Source: Candidatus Uhrbacteria bacterium CG_4_9_14_3_um_filter_41_35 (GTDB lineage Bacteria; Patescibacteriota; Patescibacteriia; UBA9934). Taken from it: a DNA stretch of 64,000 bases. Positions 29,924 through 40,774 of the stretch are shown here, piece by piece; positions within the stretch are counted from its first letter, which is position 1; each line of letters opens with the position of its first letter. The translations under genes were made by a program, and so were the position numbers. The DNA is taken from positions 8,831 to 72,830 of the forward strand of contig PFWT01000006.1 of NCBI GenBank assembly GCA_002791275.1. The letters are read 5' to 3'. Under the pieces are notes generated by a model, which was given only the letters and a program-made list of their open reading frames with translations, did not search any database and was not told the DNA's origin.

Positions 29924-30307
29924 TTATTCCTCCGTTTCGATATCTTTACCCGGCTTCCCTTTTGGGATTTTCACTTCACTACCATCCATTGTGACCTTAC
30001 CGTTTATCTGCGCACCAGACAAAACTGACAGCACATCAACTGAAATGTCACCAATAATTCTAGCGCTTGGTGAAAGTTCTAATTTCCCAGCAATTGTTAC
30101 ATTCCCGCGTACCTCTCCAGCAATTACCGCGTTTTGTGCCAAAATATCCGCTTTAATCTTTGCCTGCTCACCAATTCTTAAATCACTAGCTGTCTGAATA
30201 TTCCCGTTTACATCTCCCTCAATGACAACGTCACCCTCACTTACAAAATCCCCCTCTACGCGCACACCAAGCGCGATAATAGTTTCTTGTCCGTTTCCTT
30301 TTGCCAT
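29924..30307 (-). CDS. Bactofilin (polymer-forming cytoskeletal protein)
   Basis: TIIALGVRVEGDF...IEGDVNGNI...IAGEVRGNV...GAQING beta-helix repeats. Confidence 0.93.
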   Translation of the reverse strand: MAKGNGQETIIALGVRVEGDFVSEGDVVIEGDVNGNIQTASDLRIGEQAKIKADILAQNAVIAGEVRGNVTIAGKLELSPSARIIGDISVDVLSVLSGAQINGKVTMDGSEVKIPKGKPGKDIETEE

Positions 30308-30381
30308 ATATTTTTGGTTTTGAGGTTCAGTGAGATTTCACACTTCACTTAAAACTCAATCTTAGGTTAGTTATTTGAAAA

Positions 30382-32088
30382 CTACATCTCCTTCAGCGTT
30401 TCCATGCCAAGGATCTCACATGCATTATCTAAAGTTTGACGTACTGCGTCAATTAATGCAAGTCTAGCCGAGGTTCCCACCTTATCTTCTTCCTCAACTA
30501 TGCGAACTTCGTGATAATACTCCGCAAACATTTTTGCGGTATCAAAAGCCCACTGCGCAATCGAAGCGATGTTGAAAGTCTGACCCGCCTTCTGAATCAC
30601 TAGCGGATAATCAGCAATTGTTCGAATTAGAGCCTCCTCCTTTTCTGAAGTTAATAGGCCCTTTGTATATTTTGGTTTAATCTTTGTTTTTGCCTTAATA
30701 CTTTCGATTCTGGCAATCGTGTACAAAATATATGGCCCGGTAAACCCATCAAAACTGAGCGCCTCAGCCATATCAAAAGTAATAATTGTGTTTGGATCTT
30801 GGCGCAACATCATAAAGTTGATTGCTGAAATTGCTACCGTCTCCGCTACCTTATTAAGTTGTTTTTCACTCCAATCAGGGTGCCGCTCTGCAGTTTCTCG
30901 CTTAATCGCGCCTACCATTGTTTGGTGCAGATCATTAAAAGTTACAATATTCCCAGCTCTAGACGACATCGCCCCCTCTGGCAGATTAACCATATCGTAA
31001 GCTAAATGCACCAATTTTTCCTGAAAGCCCATCAATTTTAGAGTTGCAAATAGTTGTTTAAAATATAGAGATTGTCTATTATCAACTACAAAAATCTGAC
31101 GATCAGGACTAAATTGCTTGTCTTTTTTATAGGCTAAAGCCAAGTCCTTTGTTGCGTAAAGCGAAGAACCATCGGTTTTTAGAATTAAAAATGCGCCTAA
31201 ATTTTCAGCCTCTAAATCAACAATCGTTGCACCCTCACTCTTCTTCGCAATACCATCCGTCAGCATTTTTTTTACAAGTTCTTTACCTCCCTCTTCAACC
31301 TCACTTTCGTAATACCAAACATCAGGGCTAACATGTAGTAACTCAAAAATACGTTCAAATTCCTGAATGCTCCACTGACGGGTTTCTTTCCAAAGCTTAG
31401 TAATTTCATCTTCTCGCGCCTCAAGATCACGTTGGACGGCATCAATCTCAGCTTTAGCTTCTTCGTGCTCTGCTACATAAGTTGTAGCTTCGGTATAAAT
31501 TTCCTGCAAACGTTTAGTTCTGTCTTCCTTAACCAGCTCAGCGTCTCCCTGAAACTTTTGAAAGCCCCAAAGTGCTTTTGCCACGTGAGCGCCGATGTCG
31601 CCGATATAAGCAGCACCAACTGTTTCGTAGCCGTTTACCTTCAAAATATTCAAAACCGCCTGCCCAAGCACAGCATTTCTAATATGACCCACGTGAAATT
31701 CCTTATGCGTGTTTGGCTGAGCATACTCAACTAAAACTTTTCGGTCCTTACCCGACTCACCAAAACCATATTTTGTTCCAGCCCGTTTTACATCTTCAAG
31801 CACAGCCGAAAAAACCGCTTCATCGTTGAAGTGAAAATTCACATATGGTCCGACCGCAATAATTTTTTCAATAAATGTGGTGGGTCCGATGCTCGCCGCA
31901 AGTTCAGTTGCGATTTCAACTGGGTTGCGCCCTTCACCCTTAGCTAACTCAAAACATGGAAAGGCAATATCTCCCATTTTTCTATCAGGTGGTGCGTCAA
32001 ACATATCAACGGTCACCAAAAACTTTTTTCCAATCGCTTTTTTAAGTGAGGTAATTGCTTCTTGAATAGCTTTCTGTTTTGTATACAT
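30382..32088 (-). CDS. argS: Arginine-tRNA ligase
   Basis: EYAQPN, HVGH, YATKDLA, MSSRAG, GPYILY. Confidence 0.97.
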   Translation of the reverse strand: MYTKQKAIQEAITSLKKAIGKKFLVTVDMFDAPPDRKMGDIAFPCFELAKGEGRNPVEIATELAASIGPTTFIEKIIAVGPYVNFHFNDEAVFSAVLEDVKRAGTKYGFGESGKDRKVLVEYAQPNTHKEFHVGHIRNAVLGQAVLNILKVNGYETVGAAYIGDIGAHVAKALWGFQKFQGDAELVKEDRTKRLQEIYTEATTYVAEHEEAKAEIDAVQRDLEAREDEITKLWKETRQWSIQEFERIFELLHVSPDVWYYESEVEEGGKELVKKMLTDGIAKKSEGATIVDLEAENLGAFLILKTDGSSLYATKDLALAYKKDKQFSPDRQIFVVDNRQSLYFKQLFATLKLMGFQEKLVHLAYDMVNLPEGAMSSRAGNIVTFNDLHQTMVGAIKRETAERHPDWSEKQLNKVAETVAISAINFMMLRQDPNTIITFDMAEALSFDGFTGPYILYTIARIESIKAKTKIKPKYTKGLLTSEKEEALIRTIADYPLVIQKAGQTFNIASIAQWAFDTAKMFAEYYHEVRIVEEEDKVGTSARLALIDAVRQTLDNACEILGMETLKEM

Positions 32089-32118
32089 AAGTGAAGTGGC
32101 AATCGTAGTCCCGAAGTG

Positions 32119-33321
32119 TTATTTATTTTTTATTTTAACAAAGTGTCGTTTGCCCTTTTGTAGTACATTGCCCTCTTTTGTCAGTCCTTGCAACTCTTGC
32201 TCATAAGAAGTTATCACTACTCCATCTAATTTTACGGAATTTTGATCAACTAATCGGCGGGCTTCTGACTTTGAACTTGCAAAACCAACCTCAATCAAAA
32301 CATCAATTATATTGGTATTTACAAGTTTTTTAAGTTCAATATCCTCTGGAGTTTCACCAGCTTTAAAGACCTTGTCAAAACCCTCTCTAGCTTTTCTGGC
32401 CTCTTTCTTCCCGTGATACATTGCAGAAACCCGTTCTGCTAGCTCCGCTTTGATCTCACGTGGATTCACCTGAAGCGCCAACTGTTTTCGCGCTCCCGCA
32501 ATTTCTTCGGGTGCATAATCAGAAGCAAGTTCCATATATGGCAAAATCATACTGTCGTCCATCGCCATCAACTTTCCAAAAATATCTTTTGCAGAATCAT
32601 TGAGCGCAATAAACCCACCCTCTGATTTACTCATCTTTTTCCCCTCCGCGTTTTCGAGAAGTTTCATAGTAATCACAAACTTTTCACGCCCATTGATCTG
32701 ACGCTGAAGTGTGCGACCGGCTAACATATTAAATGTTTGATCACTACCACCAATTTCCGCATCTACATCCATTGCCACTGAATCATAGCCCTGCATTAAC
32801 GGGTACATAAATTCGTGCACATAAACTGGCTTCCCTTCCTTGATTCGAGTTTCAAACATATCACGTTCAAGCATTTGCTGAACAGTAAAATGACTCGCAA
32901 GATTAACCACTTCGCTAAAATTCATTTTCTGTAACCACTTGTGGTTGAACATTAACTTCACTGGATTTTTACCTTCAAAATTCAAAATTTTCCCAGCTTG
33001 CTCTTTGTAAGTTACTGCATTTTTCAAAACCTCCTTTTGTGTTAACTGAGTTCGCACTGCAGTTTTATCGGTTGGATCACCAATCATTGCGGTAAACGAA
33101 CCTAAAAGCAGAATTACTTCGTGGCCCAAATCCTGAAACTCTCGAAGCTTTCGCAAACCAATCGCGTGACCAATGTGAAGCATTGGACTGGTTGGATCGA
33201 TTCCGATATAAATTTTTAGTTTTTTTCTTCCCTGAAGCGCAACTTTTAAACTTTCAGCTGAAGGCAAAACCTCACTCACACCTCGAGTTAATAACTGATC
33301 GATTTTTTCTTCTTTGTTCAT
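32119..33321 (-). CDS. tyrS: Tyrosine-tRNA ligase
   Basis: GIDPT, HIGH, YPLMQGYD, GGSDQ, KMSKS, C-terminal S4 domain. Confidence 0.98.
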   Translation of the reverse strand: MNKEEKIDQLLTRGVSEVLPSAESLKVALQGRKKLKIYIGIDPTSPMLHIGHAIGLRKLREFQDLGHEVILLLGSFTAMIGDPTDKTAVRTQLTQKEVLKNAVTYKEQAGKILNFEGKNPVKLMFNHKWLQKMNFSEVVNLASHFTVQQMLERDMFETRIKEGKPVYVHEFMYPLMQGYDSVAMDVDAEIGGSDQTFNMLAGRTLQRQINGREKFVITMKLLENAEGKKMSKSEGGFIALNDSAKDIFGKLMAMDDSMILPYMELASDYAPEEIAGARKQLALQVNPREIKAELAERVSAMYHGKKEARKAREGFDKVFKAGETPEDIELKKLVNTNIIDVLIEVGFASSKSEARRLVDQNSVKLDGVVITSYEQELQGLTKEGNVLQKGKRHFVKIKNK

Positions 33322-35984
33322 AGATTATTTATAACTGCCTCGAGTTTTAAAACACGCTCTTTCGCCTCCGCAAGCGAAGCCTCTCTTTGCGTAATAACTT
33401 CTGCGCTCGCATTCGCCCTGAACCCAGCATTACCCAAAGTTTTTTCAAGCGAAAGCACGTAAGCCTTTGCTTCTGCAAATTCTTTTTCTGTCTTGGTTTT
33501 TTCTGCCTCAAGATCAACTAGATCAGCAAGTGGAACGTGAATAGTAGTTTGTCCGACTACACGTGTTGTCACCTGTTCTGGTTTTGTGTCGGTTTCTACA
33601 AAAGTTACCTCCCCTAATTTTACCTGATCAATAATAATTTTTTCTTCACTCTGAACCGCACCCGCATTGACTAAAATAACATCAATCTTTTTTGAATATG
33701 GAATATTATAAGTTGCCCGCACGTTTCGAAGCTGAGCAATTATTCCCCGCAAAACTTCGAAGGTTTCAGCAACCTCTGTTTCAAGTTCGCGTAGAGGCTT
33801 TGGCCACTCCGCTACTATCAGCATGCCAAGCCCAAACTCTTTGTAAAGTTCCTCGGTCACAAATGGCATAAACGGGTGCCAAAGTTTTAGGACGTTTTGC
33901 AATACATACAACAAAATTTTGTCGGTGTTTTCCGCAAGCTCTGGTGAGCGCTTTTGCGTTTTTGCAAACTCAAGGTATTCATCGGCAAAATTATTCCAAG
34001 TAAATTCACGTAAAGTTTCACCAGCCAGCGAGAACTCGTGCTTCTCAAGATGCTCCGTTACTTTTTTAATCACTTCTGAAAGCCGGCCTAGAATATATTT
34101 ATCTGGTAGTGTCTTGCCATCAGCCTCGGTAATCTCTTCAACATTTTGAACCGACATTAAGACAAAGCGACTAATGTTCCAGAGTTTATTTGTAAAATTT
34201 CTAAATGCAGAAACCTTATCTTCTGAAAGCTTCATATCGTTACCCGGAGTCCCGCCGATCATCAAAGAAAGACGAGTTGCGTCGGCACCATACTTTTCAA
34301 TCATTGTGAGTGGATCGATTACATTTCCGAGCGACTTCGACATTTTACGTCCGCTTTCGTCACGCACTAAACCGTGAAGATAAACTTCTTTAAACGGCAC
34401 CTGACCAACAAGGTAAGTCGACATAAGTACCATTCGCGCTACCCAGAAAAACAAAATATCGTAACCAGTTTCAAGCACTGAAGTTGGGTGGTAAAAATTC
34501 AAGTCATCAGTTTCTTTTGGCCAACCCAAAGTTGAGAATGTCCAAAGCCCGCTACTAAACCAAGTGTCGAGCGTATCTGAATCCTGCTCCCAGCCCTCAC
34601 CTTCAGGCGCTTCAACACCAACGTACATATCATCACCTCGGTACCAAACCGGTACGCGGTGACCAAACCAAATCTGACGACTTATGTTCCAGTCTCGTAA
34701 ATTATCAATCCAGTGGAAATAAGTTTTCGAAAAACGCTCTGGCAAAATTTTAATTTGCTCAGACTTCACTGCGTGTTGCATGAGTTTTTTGAGCGTCACC
34801 ATTTCCCCATTTTGAATACCAGTCATGGTATTCAAACCAGTTGCCTTAAAAGCAAACTCTTTATTTACATCAATAAACCACTGATCCATCGGTAAAGGTT
34901 CGATCACTCCCCCGCTTCGCTGTGCCACGGATAAATTTTGAGTAATTTCGACCTCTGCCTCAAGTAGATTATTTTCTCTTAGCCAGTTCACAACCGTTTC
35001 CCGAGCTTCAATTGTTGTTTGCCCGGCAACCAACGTTCCTGCCTCTTTGGTCATTCGGCCATCCTTGCCAATCACAACAACCATACCAAGCGTATGGTTT
35101 CGCGCCATATCAGAGTCGACCATACTGTGAGCCGGAGTTACACCAAGCGCACCCGTTCCAAAAGTCTGATCAACATTTGGGTCTGCAATGATTTTAATAT
35201 TCAAATTTGCTCCAGCAAACTCAACCTGGTATTCCTTGCCAACAAATTCAATATATCTTGGATCCTCGGGGTTGACCGCTACAGCTGTATCGCCAACCTT
35301 TGTCTCTGGTCGTGTAGTTGCAATACTAATTGGAAAATCCTGACTGTACTTAAAGGTATACATTTTTGCAGTACCTTCAATATACTCAACTTCTTCATCT
35401 GAAACTGTGGTTTGTCCTTTTGGATCCCAGTTGATCACGCGGTGACCTTTGTAAATTAAACCGTCGCCATACATTTGTGTGAAGGCGGTTCGTACTGCAA
35501 AATTTCGTTCTTCATCGAGCGTATAGGCCTCCCGACTCCAGTCAACCGAAGCCCCCATTTTTTTCATCTGATTAACAATCGTGTCGTGACTCTCTTGAGC
35601 GAATTGATTAACTCGCTCCAAAAATGCTTCCCGACCTAAGTCGTGACGATTTATACCCTCCTTCTCGATAAGCAATTTTTCAACTTTTGATTCCGTTGCA
35701 ATCGCAGCGTGATCAGTGCCTGGGAGCCAGAGCGCTCGTTTACCGTTCATTCGATTAAACCGGATCATTGCGTCCTCTATTGCCAACATAACCGCGTGTC
35801 CCATATGCAGGGTACCGGTCACATTTGGCGGTGGAAGTACGATTGTAAACGGTTCAGTCCGTTTTTCAAGGTTAGGTAAATTATCTGGATTAAAGAATCC
35901 ACTTTCTAACCATTTTAAATAAGTTGCGTCCTCAACCCAAGCTGGGTCATAGGCTTTTGATAGCTCTTTTTCAGAATCACTCAT
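33318..35984 (-). CDS. valS: Valine-tRNA ligase
   Basis: PPPNVTGTLHMGH, DWNISRQIWFGH, LDTWFSS, KMSKS, C-terminal coiled coil. Confidence 0.98.
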   Translation of the reverse strand: MSDSEKELSKAYDPAWVEDATYLKWLESGFFNPDNLPNLEKRTEPFTIVLPPPNVTGTLHMGHAVMLAIEDAMIRFNRMNGKRALWLPGTDHAAIATESKVEKLLIEKEGINRHDLGREAFLERVNQFAQESHDTIVNQMKKMGASVDWSREAYTLDEERNFAVRTAFTQMYGDGLIYKGHRVINWDPKGQTTVSDEEVEYIEGTAKMYTFKYSQDFPISIATTRPETKVGDTAVAVNPEDPRYIEFVGKEYQVEFAGANLNIKIIADPNVDQTFGTGALGVTPAHSMVDSDMARNHTLGMVVVIGKDGRMTKEAGTLVAGQTTIEARETVVNWLRENNLLEAEVEITQNLSVAQRSGGVIEPLPMDQWFIDVNKEFAFKATGLNTMTGIQNGEMVTLKKLMQHAVKSEQIKILPERFSKTYFHWIDNLRDWNISRQIWFGHRVPVWYRGDDMYVGVEAPEGEGWEQDSDTLDTWFSSGLWTFSTLGWPKETDDLNFYHPTSVLETGYDILFFWVARMVLMSTYLVGQVPFKEVYLHGLVRDESGRKMSKSLGNVIDPLTMIEKYGADATRLSLMIGGTPGNDMKLSEDKVSAFRNFTNKLWNISRFVLMSVQNVEEITEADGKTLPDKYILGRLSEVIKKVTEHLEKHEFSLAGETLREFTWNNFADEYLEFAKTQKRSPELAENTDKILLYVLQNVLKLWHPFMPFVTEELYKEFGLGMLIVAEWPKPLRELETEVAETFEVLRGIIAQLRNVRATYNIPYSKKIDVILVNAGAVQSEEKIIIDQVKLGEVTFVETDTKPEQVTTRVVGQTTIHVPLADLVDLEAEKTKTEKEFAEAKAYVLSLEKTLGNAGFRANASAEVITQREASLAEAKERVLKLEAVINNL

Positions 35985-36361
35985 AATAAGGCCAGTTTAG
36001 CGAAAAAGCAGTAAAAGATCAATGTTTAACAGATTGAAGCGGACACTTTGAGAAAATAGGTCAATATTTACTAATATTAGGGTAAATTTTGTCAATGCGT
36101 GTAATAAATTCCGTGTGTGGGTCAATCTAATGAATCTAGGGATCAGTTCAAATGTGGCTGATCCGCTGTTGCAACTGATTCTTATTTAAAACGATATTCA
36201 CATAAACCGTGAATATCTGATAAACTCACCGTGGGTTAGAAAATAAATATTATAGAGATTTTACAATCAAAAGCTTGACTAATTAGCTTGCTCACGATAA
36301 TCTACTTTTTCCCCATGCTGAAAGGAAATAGATCAGATATAAATCACACCTTCAGCTTCGC

Positions 36362-37504
36362 ATGTCATTAAAGCAGCACGAACAATTTTTGCAAACTCTT
36401 GAGCAGTCAAAAAGACCGCTTATTGTGCTTCCTGAAAAAGCAAATGAAGACGATTTCGCTTCAGCTTTTGGTGTTGCTGGATTACTTTCAAAGTTAAACA
36501 AACCAGTTGACATTGCTTCAGCCGGTGGTGCCTCTCCGCAAAGTTTAAATTTTCTAAAGAGCGCACAAAAAATAAAAGGTGACCTGCCAAATATCCGGAA
36601 GATGACCCTAACCCTAAAAACACAAACAGCAAAAGTGGACGAACTTTCTTACCGGGTTGAGGGCGACACTCTGCAAATAAATATTGTTCCAAAAACCGGA
36701 GCCTGGACAGCGGAAGATGTAAAGATTGTGACCGACAGCTACAAATACGATTTAATTATTTCAATTGGCGCTAAAGAGCTGGAACATTTCGGCAAGCTTC
36801 ACGAGCTTTACGCAGATTTTTTCTTTTCAGTGCCAATCATCAACATCGACCACACCACAGACAATGAATTTTTTGGCCAAATGAATTTGGTCGATATAAA
36901 TGCTGTTTCGAGTTCTGAAGTGATTCACGGACTATTTAAAGAAATAGATCCCGGACTAATTGATGAAGAAATCGCTACGTATTTTCTTACTGGAATTATC
37001 TATAAAACAAAAAGTTTTCGAAATGAAAATGTAACACCTCAAACACTCAAAGTTGCCGGAGAACTTATTGCTCGCGGAGCTAGGCGAGACGAGATTGTTA
37101 AAAATCTTTACAAAACCAGAACCGTGGAAACACTACGCCTCTGGGGCAGAGCGCTAGCCAGACTTAAATCCGATGACAGCCTTGGTTTTGTGTGGACACT
37201 CCTTAGTCGCCAAGACTTTATAAACGCTGGAGCCGACGAAACTGCGCTCGAAAATGTAATCGAAGAACTGATGATGACATCACCGGACGCCAATGTTGCA
37301 GCCGTTTTCTACGAGGAAAAAAATAATAATGTTCGAGCGTTCCTTCACGCCAGCAGACCGTACGACGCACTCTTGCTCGGTGCCCCCTTCTCTGCCTCCG
37401 GAACCAGAGAACGGGCTTTTCTCAACTTAAAAGAAGACAGTCTAGTTAAAGCCGAGAAACGAGCCATTACGCACATAAAAACACAACTAAAAGAATCACG
37501 CTAA
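36362..37504 (+). CDS. DHH/DHHA1 (NrnA-like) phosphoesterase family protein, degenerate motifs
   Basis: NIDHH motif, LTGII, LWGRALARL; upstream TTGACT-17-TAATCT promoter. Confidence 0.78.
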   Translation: MSLKQHEQFLQTLEQSKRPLIVLPEKANEDDFASAFGVAGLLSKLNKPVDIASAGGASPQSLNFLKSAQKIKGDLPNIRKMTLTLKTQTAKVDELSYRVEGDTLQINIVPKTGAWTAEDVKIVTDSYKYDLIISIGAKELEHFGKLHELYADFFFSVPIINIDHTTDNEFFGQMNLVDINAVSSSEVIHGLFKEIDPGLIDEEIATYFLTGIIYKTKSFRNENVTPQTLKVAGELIARGARRDEIVKNLYKTRTVETLRLWGRALARLKSDDSLGFVWTLLSRQDFINAGADETALENVIEELMMTSPDANVAAVFYEEKNNNVRAFLHASRPYDALLLGAPFSASGTRERAFLNLKEDSLVKAEKRAITHIKTQLKESR

Positions 37505-37505
37505 C

Positions 37506-38175
37506 CGTGATTTTTTGTGTCGTTATTTTGACTAGTCGCCCCGCACCCATACCGTCATCCTGAAGCGAGCGACGATTCACGCTGAAGGATCTCCTTCGCC
37601 CTGTGCTGAACCGACATTTGCTTGGTGATTCGGTAATGAGGTTCTTCGGTGTGATTCACGTTCACCTCAAAATGACGGTTTACTTAGGTTCTTCAATGTA
37701 ACTCACACCAGGCTCTGAATGAGGATATGATGAAATTCTTCGCCGTGATTCATACTAGACTCAGAATTACGGTTTGGTTTTTAGTAGTGCGATGTGATTT
37801 TTATGTCGTTATTTTGACTAGTCACCCCTCACCCATACCGTCATCCTGAAGCGAGCGACGATTCACGCTGAAGGATCTCCTTCGCCCTGTGCTGAATCGA
37901 CATTTGCTTGGTGATTCGGTAATGAGATTCTTCGGTGTGATCCACGTTCACCTCAGAATGACGATTTGGTGCGTTGACTAACTAGTCAATATTGTCATAA
38001 ACAAAAACACAATTCTTGTGAGCATAAAATGCTCACAAACTAAGACTGAGTTGCAGATGCGACTGAGTCGCATCTGCAACTCAGTCTTAGATAATAAAAA
38101 AACACCGCAATCAAATCAAATCAAATCAAATCAAACCGTAACCCAGGTCTTGGCCAGGGTCAATCAGTAAATTTA
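37506..38175 (+). repeat. Composite non-coding repeat, copy 2
   Basis: Two doublets (37551-37679, 37837-37965), two solo units, a 51-bp palindrome at 38040-38090 and (AATCA)5; same orientation as copy 1. Confidence 0.92.
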
Positions 38176-38254
38176 AAAAGCTCCTTTTATAGCCTAAAGC
38201 CTAATACAAAAATGCATTCCTATTTTTTACACAAAGTGGTATAATTTTTTTTAA

Positions 38255-39718
38255 ATGGGAGGTATTCTTCAGACATATGCCAGACAGTCAGCACCGCCGG
38301 AGCACCGGGTGGAACTTTTTGTTCGTGGAGAAACACGACTTACCTGGATAGGCTTACTTTTTAATGAATATCCGAACGCTGAAGTTTACCTAGTTGGCGG
38401 AACTCTGCGTGACATTATTCTCGGTCGCGTACCAAACGACATCGATCTTTTAGTTCGTAACGTACCACCTGCAGAACTCGATATCTGGCTAAACGCACAC
38501 GGCGCTTCTGAATTTGTGGGTAGGTTTGGAACTTACAAGTTTGTGCCACACGGGAATGTAAATAAACAAGCAATCGACATCGCGCTACCTCGAACCGAAC
38601 GCAAACTGGAAGATCACGCTGGCGGGCGTCGTGATATGGATGTTTCTTTTGATTACAAACTGCCGATTAAAGACGACCTAGCTCGGCGTGATTTTACAAT
38701 TAACGCCATGGCCTACAACATTAAAACTGGTCGGCTCATTGACCCCTTTCTTGGCCTTCAGGATTTATACAACGAACTTATTAACGCTGTACTTGTACCA
38801 GCGACCAGGTTCGAAGAAGACGCTACGCGCTTACTTCGTGGTCTGCGCTTTGCAAGTCAGCTTAATTTTGGAATTGAAAAACTTACTTGGCAAGCAATTC
38901 TAGCTAACATCGAGCTACTCAATAAAAAAGCGCCAACCGAAGACGGTACCCGAGCCTACATTGTGCCCCGTGAAGCAATTGGCCGCGAGTTTATTCTGGG
39001 TTTTATGGAGCACCCCGTGCACACGCTTCGACTCTGGAGTGAATCAAAGGCACTCCATATGTTCATGCCAGAACTTGCCGAACTAGAATTTAAAAATGAC
39101 AACGAACTGCAAAAAACACTCAATCTTCTAAATACCCTCAAAAACAAATCTTTTATCGCCAGTTACGGATACTTGAACACTCCTCTTAATGTGCTCGTGG
39201 CTGGTCTCATGGTCTTTACACACGGCGATAAGCACAAGCACGCGCACAATATTTGTACAAAACTTCACTTCCATCAATTTCCACCTGACCATAAAGCAAG
39301 TATGAATTGTGAAACAATTAAGTGGTTAGTCGAACACGTTGATATGTTCGAGGAAATTGATCCAGCGAGTATTCGACCAAGTCAATTTGAAAAAATGTTT
39401 CTTTCAAAACGCGGTCAGGAGCTTCTACTGCTGATGCATGCCAAACATATTGCTAGCGCTAAACACAGTGTGGCAAGAGAAAGGCTCCATACGGCTCGGC
39501 GGATTAAAGACGCTATGCAAACTATATTTGCAGATAGTGATCTAAATGGTAGATTACCACAATTAATTTCTGGCCGAGATATTCAAGAGTTCGGGATTCT
39601 GCCTGGCCCAACCTATCGTGAAATTTTAGACGAAGTTCGCGATGCTCAACTAGCTGGTGAGATTGTTTCTTTCGATGACGCAAAAACTTTCTTACGCCAT
39701 ATTGTAAATAAAATATAA
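38255..39718 (+). CDS. cca: Class II tRNA nucleotidyltransferase (CCA-adding/poly(A) polymerase family)
   Basis: VGGTLRD, DIDL, DLARRDFTINAMA, EDATRLLRGLRF, C-terminal ISGRDI...PGP. Confidence 0.9.
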   Translation: MGGILQTYARQSAPPEHRVELFVRGETRLTWIGLLFNEYPNAEVYLVGGTLRDIILGRVPNDIDLLVRNVPPAELDIWLNAHGASEFVGRFGTYKFVPHGNVNKQAIDIALPRTERKLEDHAGGRRDMDVSFDYKLPIKDDLARRDFTINAMAYNIKTGRLIDPFLGLQDLYNELINAVLVPATRFEEDATRLLRGLRFASQLNFGIEKLTWQAILANIELLNKKAPTEDGTRAYIVPREAIGREFILGFMEHPVHTLRLWSESKALHMFMPELAELEFKNDNELQKTLNLLNTLKNKSFIASYGYLNTPLNVLVAGLMVFTHGDKHKHAHNICTKLHFHQFPPDHKASMNCETIKWLVEHVDMFEEIDPASIRPSQFEKMFLSKRGQELLLLMHAKHIASAKHSVARERLHTARRIKDAMQTIFADSDLNGRLPQLISGRDIQEFGILPGPTYREILDEVRDAQLAGEIVSFDDAKTFLRHIVNKI

Positions 39719-39784
39719 AACGACCCCACCTTAGTGAGGTCGTTTTATTAAACAAAAAAAAAGAGTTTGCACTCGCATTACTCT

Positions 39785-39970
39785 TCACGAACTACGCCCT
39801 TTAGTTCTATCCTCCAAAACCCGCTCGGTTTCATCCACGCTGTTTTCAATCAGCTGGTTAATCATAGACGCAGTCGCCATAGCGGCCAAATCTGCATCCC
39901 GGTAAATAAGGAGATACTCTGCGTAGAGCACCCTCATAAGCTGACCCAGGTTGAGCGTTAACAATTTCAC
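39785..39970 (-). CDS. Small hypothetical protein
   Basis: Short ORF with a GGAGG SD (true start may be TTG 39964); terminator hairpin at about 39716-39748. Confidence 0.5.
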   Translation of the reverse strand: MKLLTLNLGQLMRVLYAEYLLIYRDADLAAMATASMINQLIENSVDETERVLEDRTKGRSS

Positions 39971-40056
39971 CTCCGTTAGCAGCCCAATTTATCTTAGGCT
40001 GTAGTCGGAGCTGGCGACGTGGTCGCTAATATTTGAAAATTCATTGAATCCTCAAA

Positions 40057-40284
40057 TTATCTCTTGCTGGAATAACTGACCATAATCAAACCGTGTTGAC
40101 CATGCTTTAGTTCCGCATAAGCGTTACCAGCATCGAGATCAACTACCGCTTCGAAGTAGTCAATCTGCTCCCTCCAGAGAGACTTCATTACCAGACACTC
40201 GACGACAGCGCCGTCAGCGTACCTGGCACAGGCGTACTTAAGGAAATCAAGCACAAATGCCGCAATCTCCTCTTTAGTTTTCAT
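40057..40284 (-). CDS. Small hypothetical protein
   Basis: 75-aa ORF preceded by GGAGG-TTTT-ATG. Confidence 0.62.
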   Translation of the reverse strand: MKTKEEIAAFVLDFLKYACARYADGAVVECLVMKSLWREQIDYFEAVVDLDAGNAYAELKHGQHGLIMVSYSSKR

Positions 40285-40680
40285 AAAACCTCCAAAAGTT
40301 CAGTAAAAACTTGAATCTCATTCAAACCTTTACTGAACTATGGAATAGATTTTGTTCTACTCCAGAAAAGTAACTAGCCGAAATATTCGATAACTTTCGA
40401 ACTCATCCAAAGAAAAAAAGCTAATGTTAGCCAATATTGCTTTAGTGAGTAGGTACAAAAGTACTGCAATAAACCCTAACATTAGCTTTCTGATGGTTTT
40501 TAGACTAAAGTTTATGATGTGAAAGACGCCTTTTCTTCATCTTTATGTGTTATTTCTGTTTCTTTATCAATTTTAAAAATCCTCTCTAGTATAGCATAAT
40601 TTGTAGGTTTTGTCAAGCGAAAAAGCACTTTTTTCTTAATAATCTAATCAAAAAACCCCAGCTTATGCTGTGGTTTTTTG

Positions 40681-40757
40681 TGGTGGACATAGGGGGACTC
40701 GAACCTCCGACCTTCACAATGTCAATGTGACGCTCTAACCAGCTGAGCTATACGTCC
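40681..40757 (-). tRNA. tRNA-Val(GAC)
   Basis: Cloverleaf with TCACA-TT-GAC-AT-TGTGA anticodon arm, encoded CCA, downstream terminator. Confidence 0.96.
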
Positions 40758-40774
40758 AATTTTTGTTATTTTAC

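Noticed and set aside
35985-36361. Confident oriC or dif call
   Set aside because: No perfect TTATCCACA boxes; the plus strand looks C/A-rich on both sides by eye; the TTAGGGTAAAT XerD-like arm has no matching XerC arm
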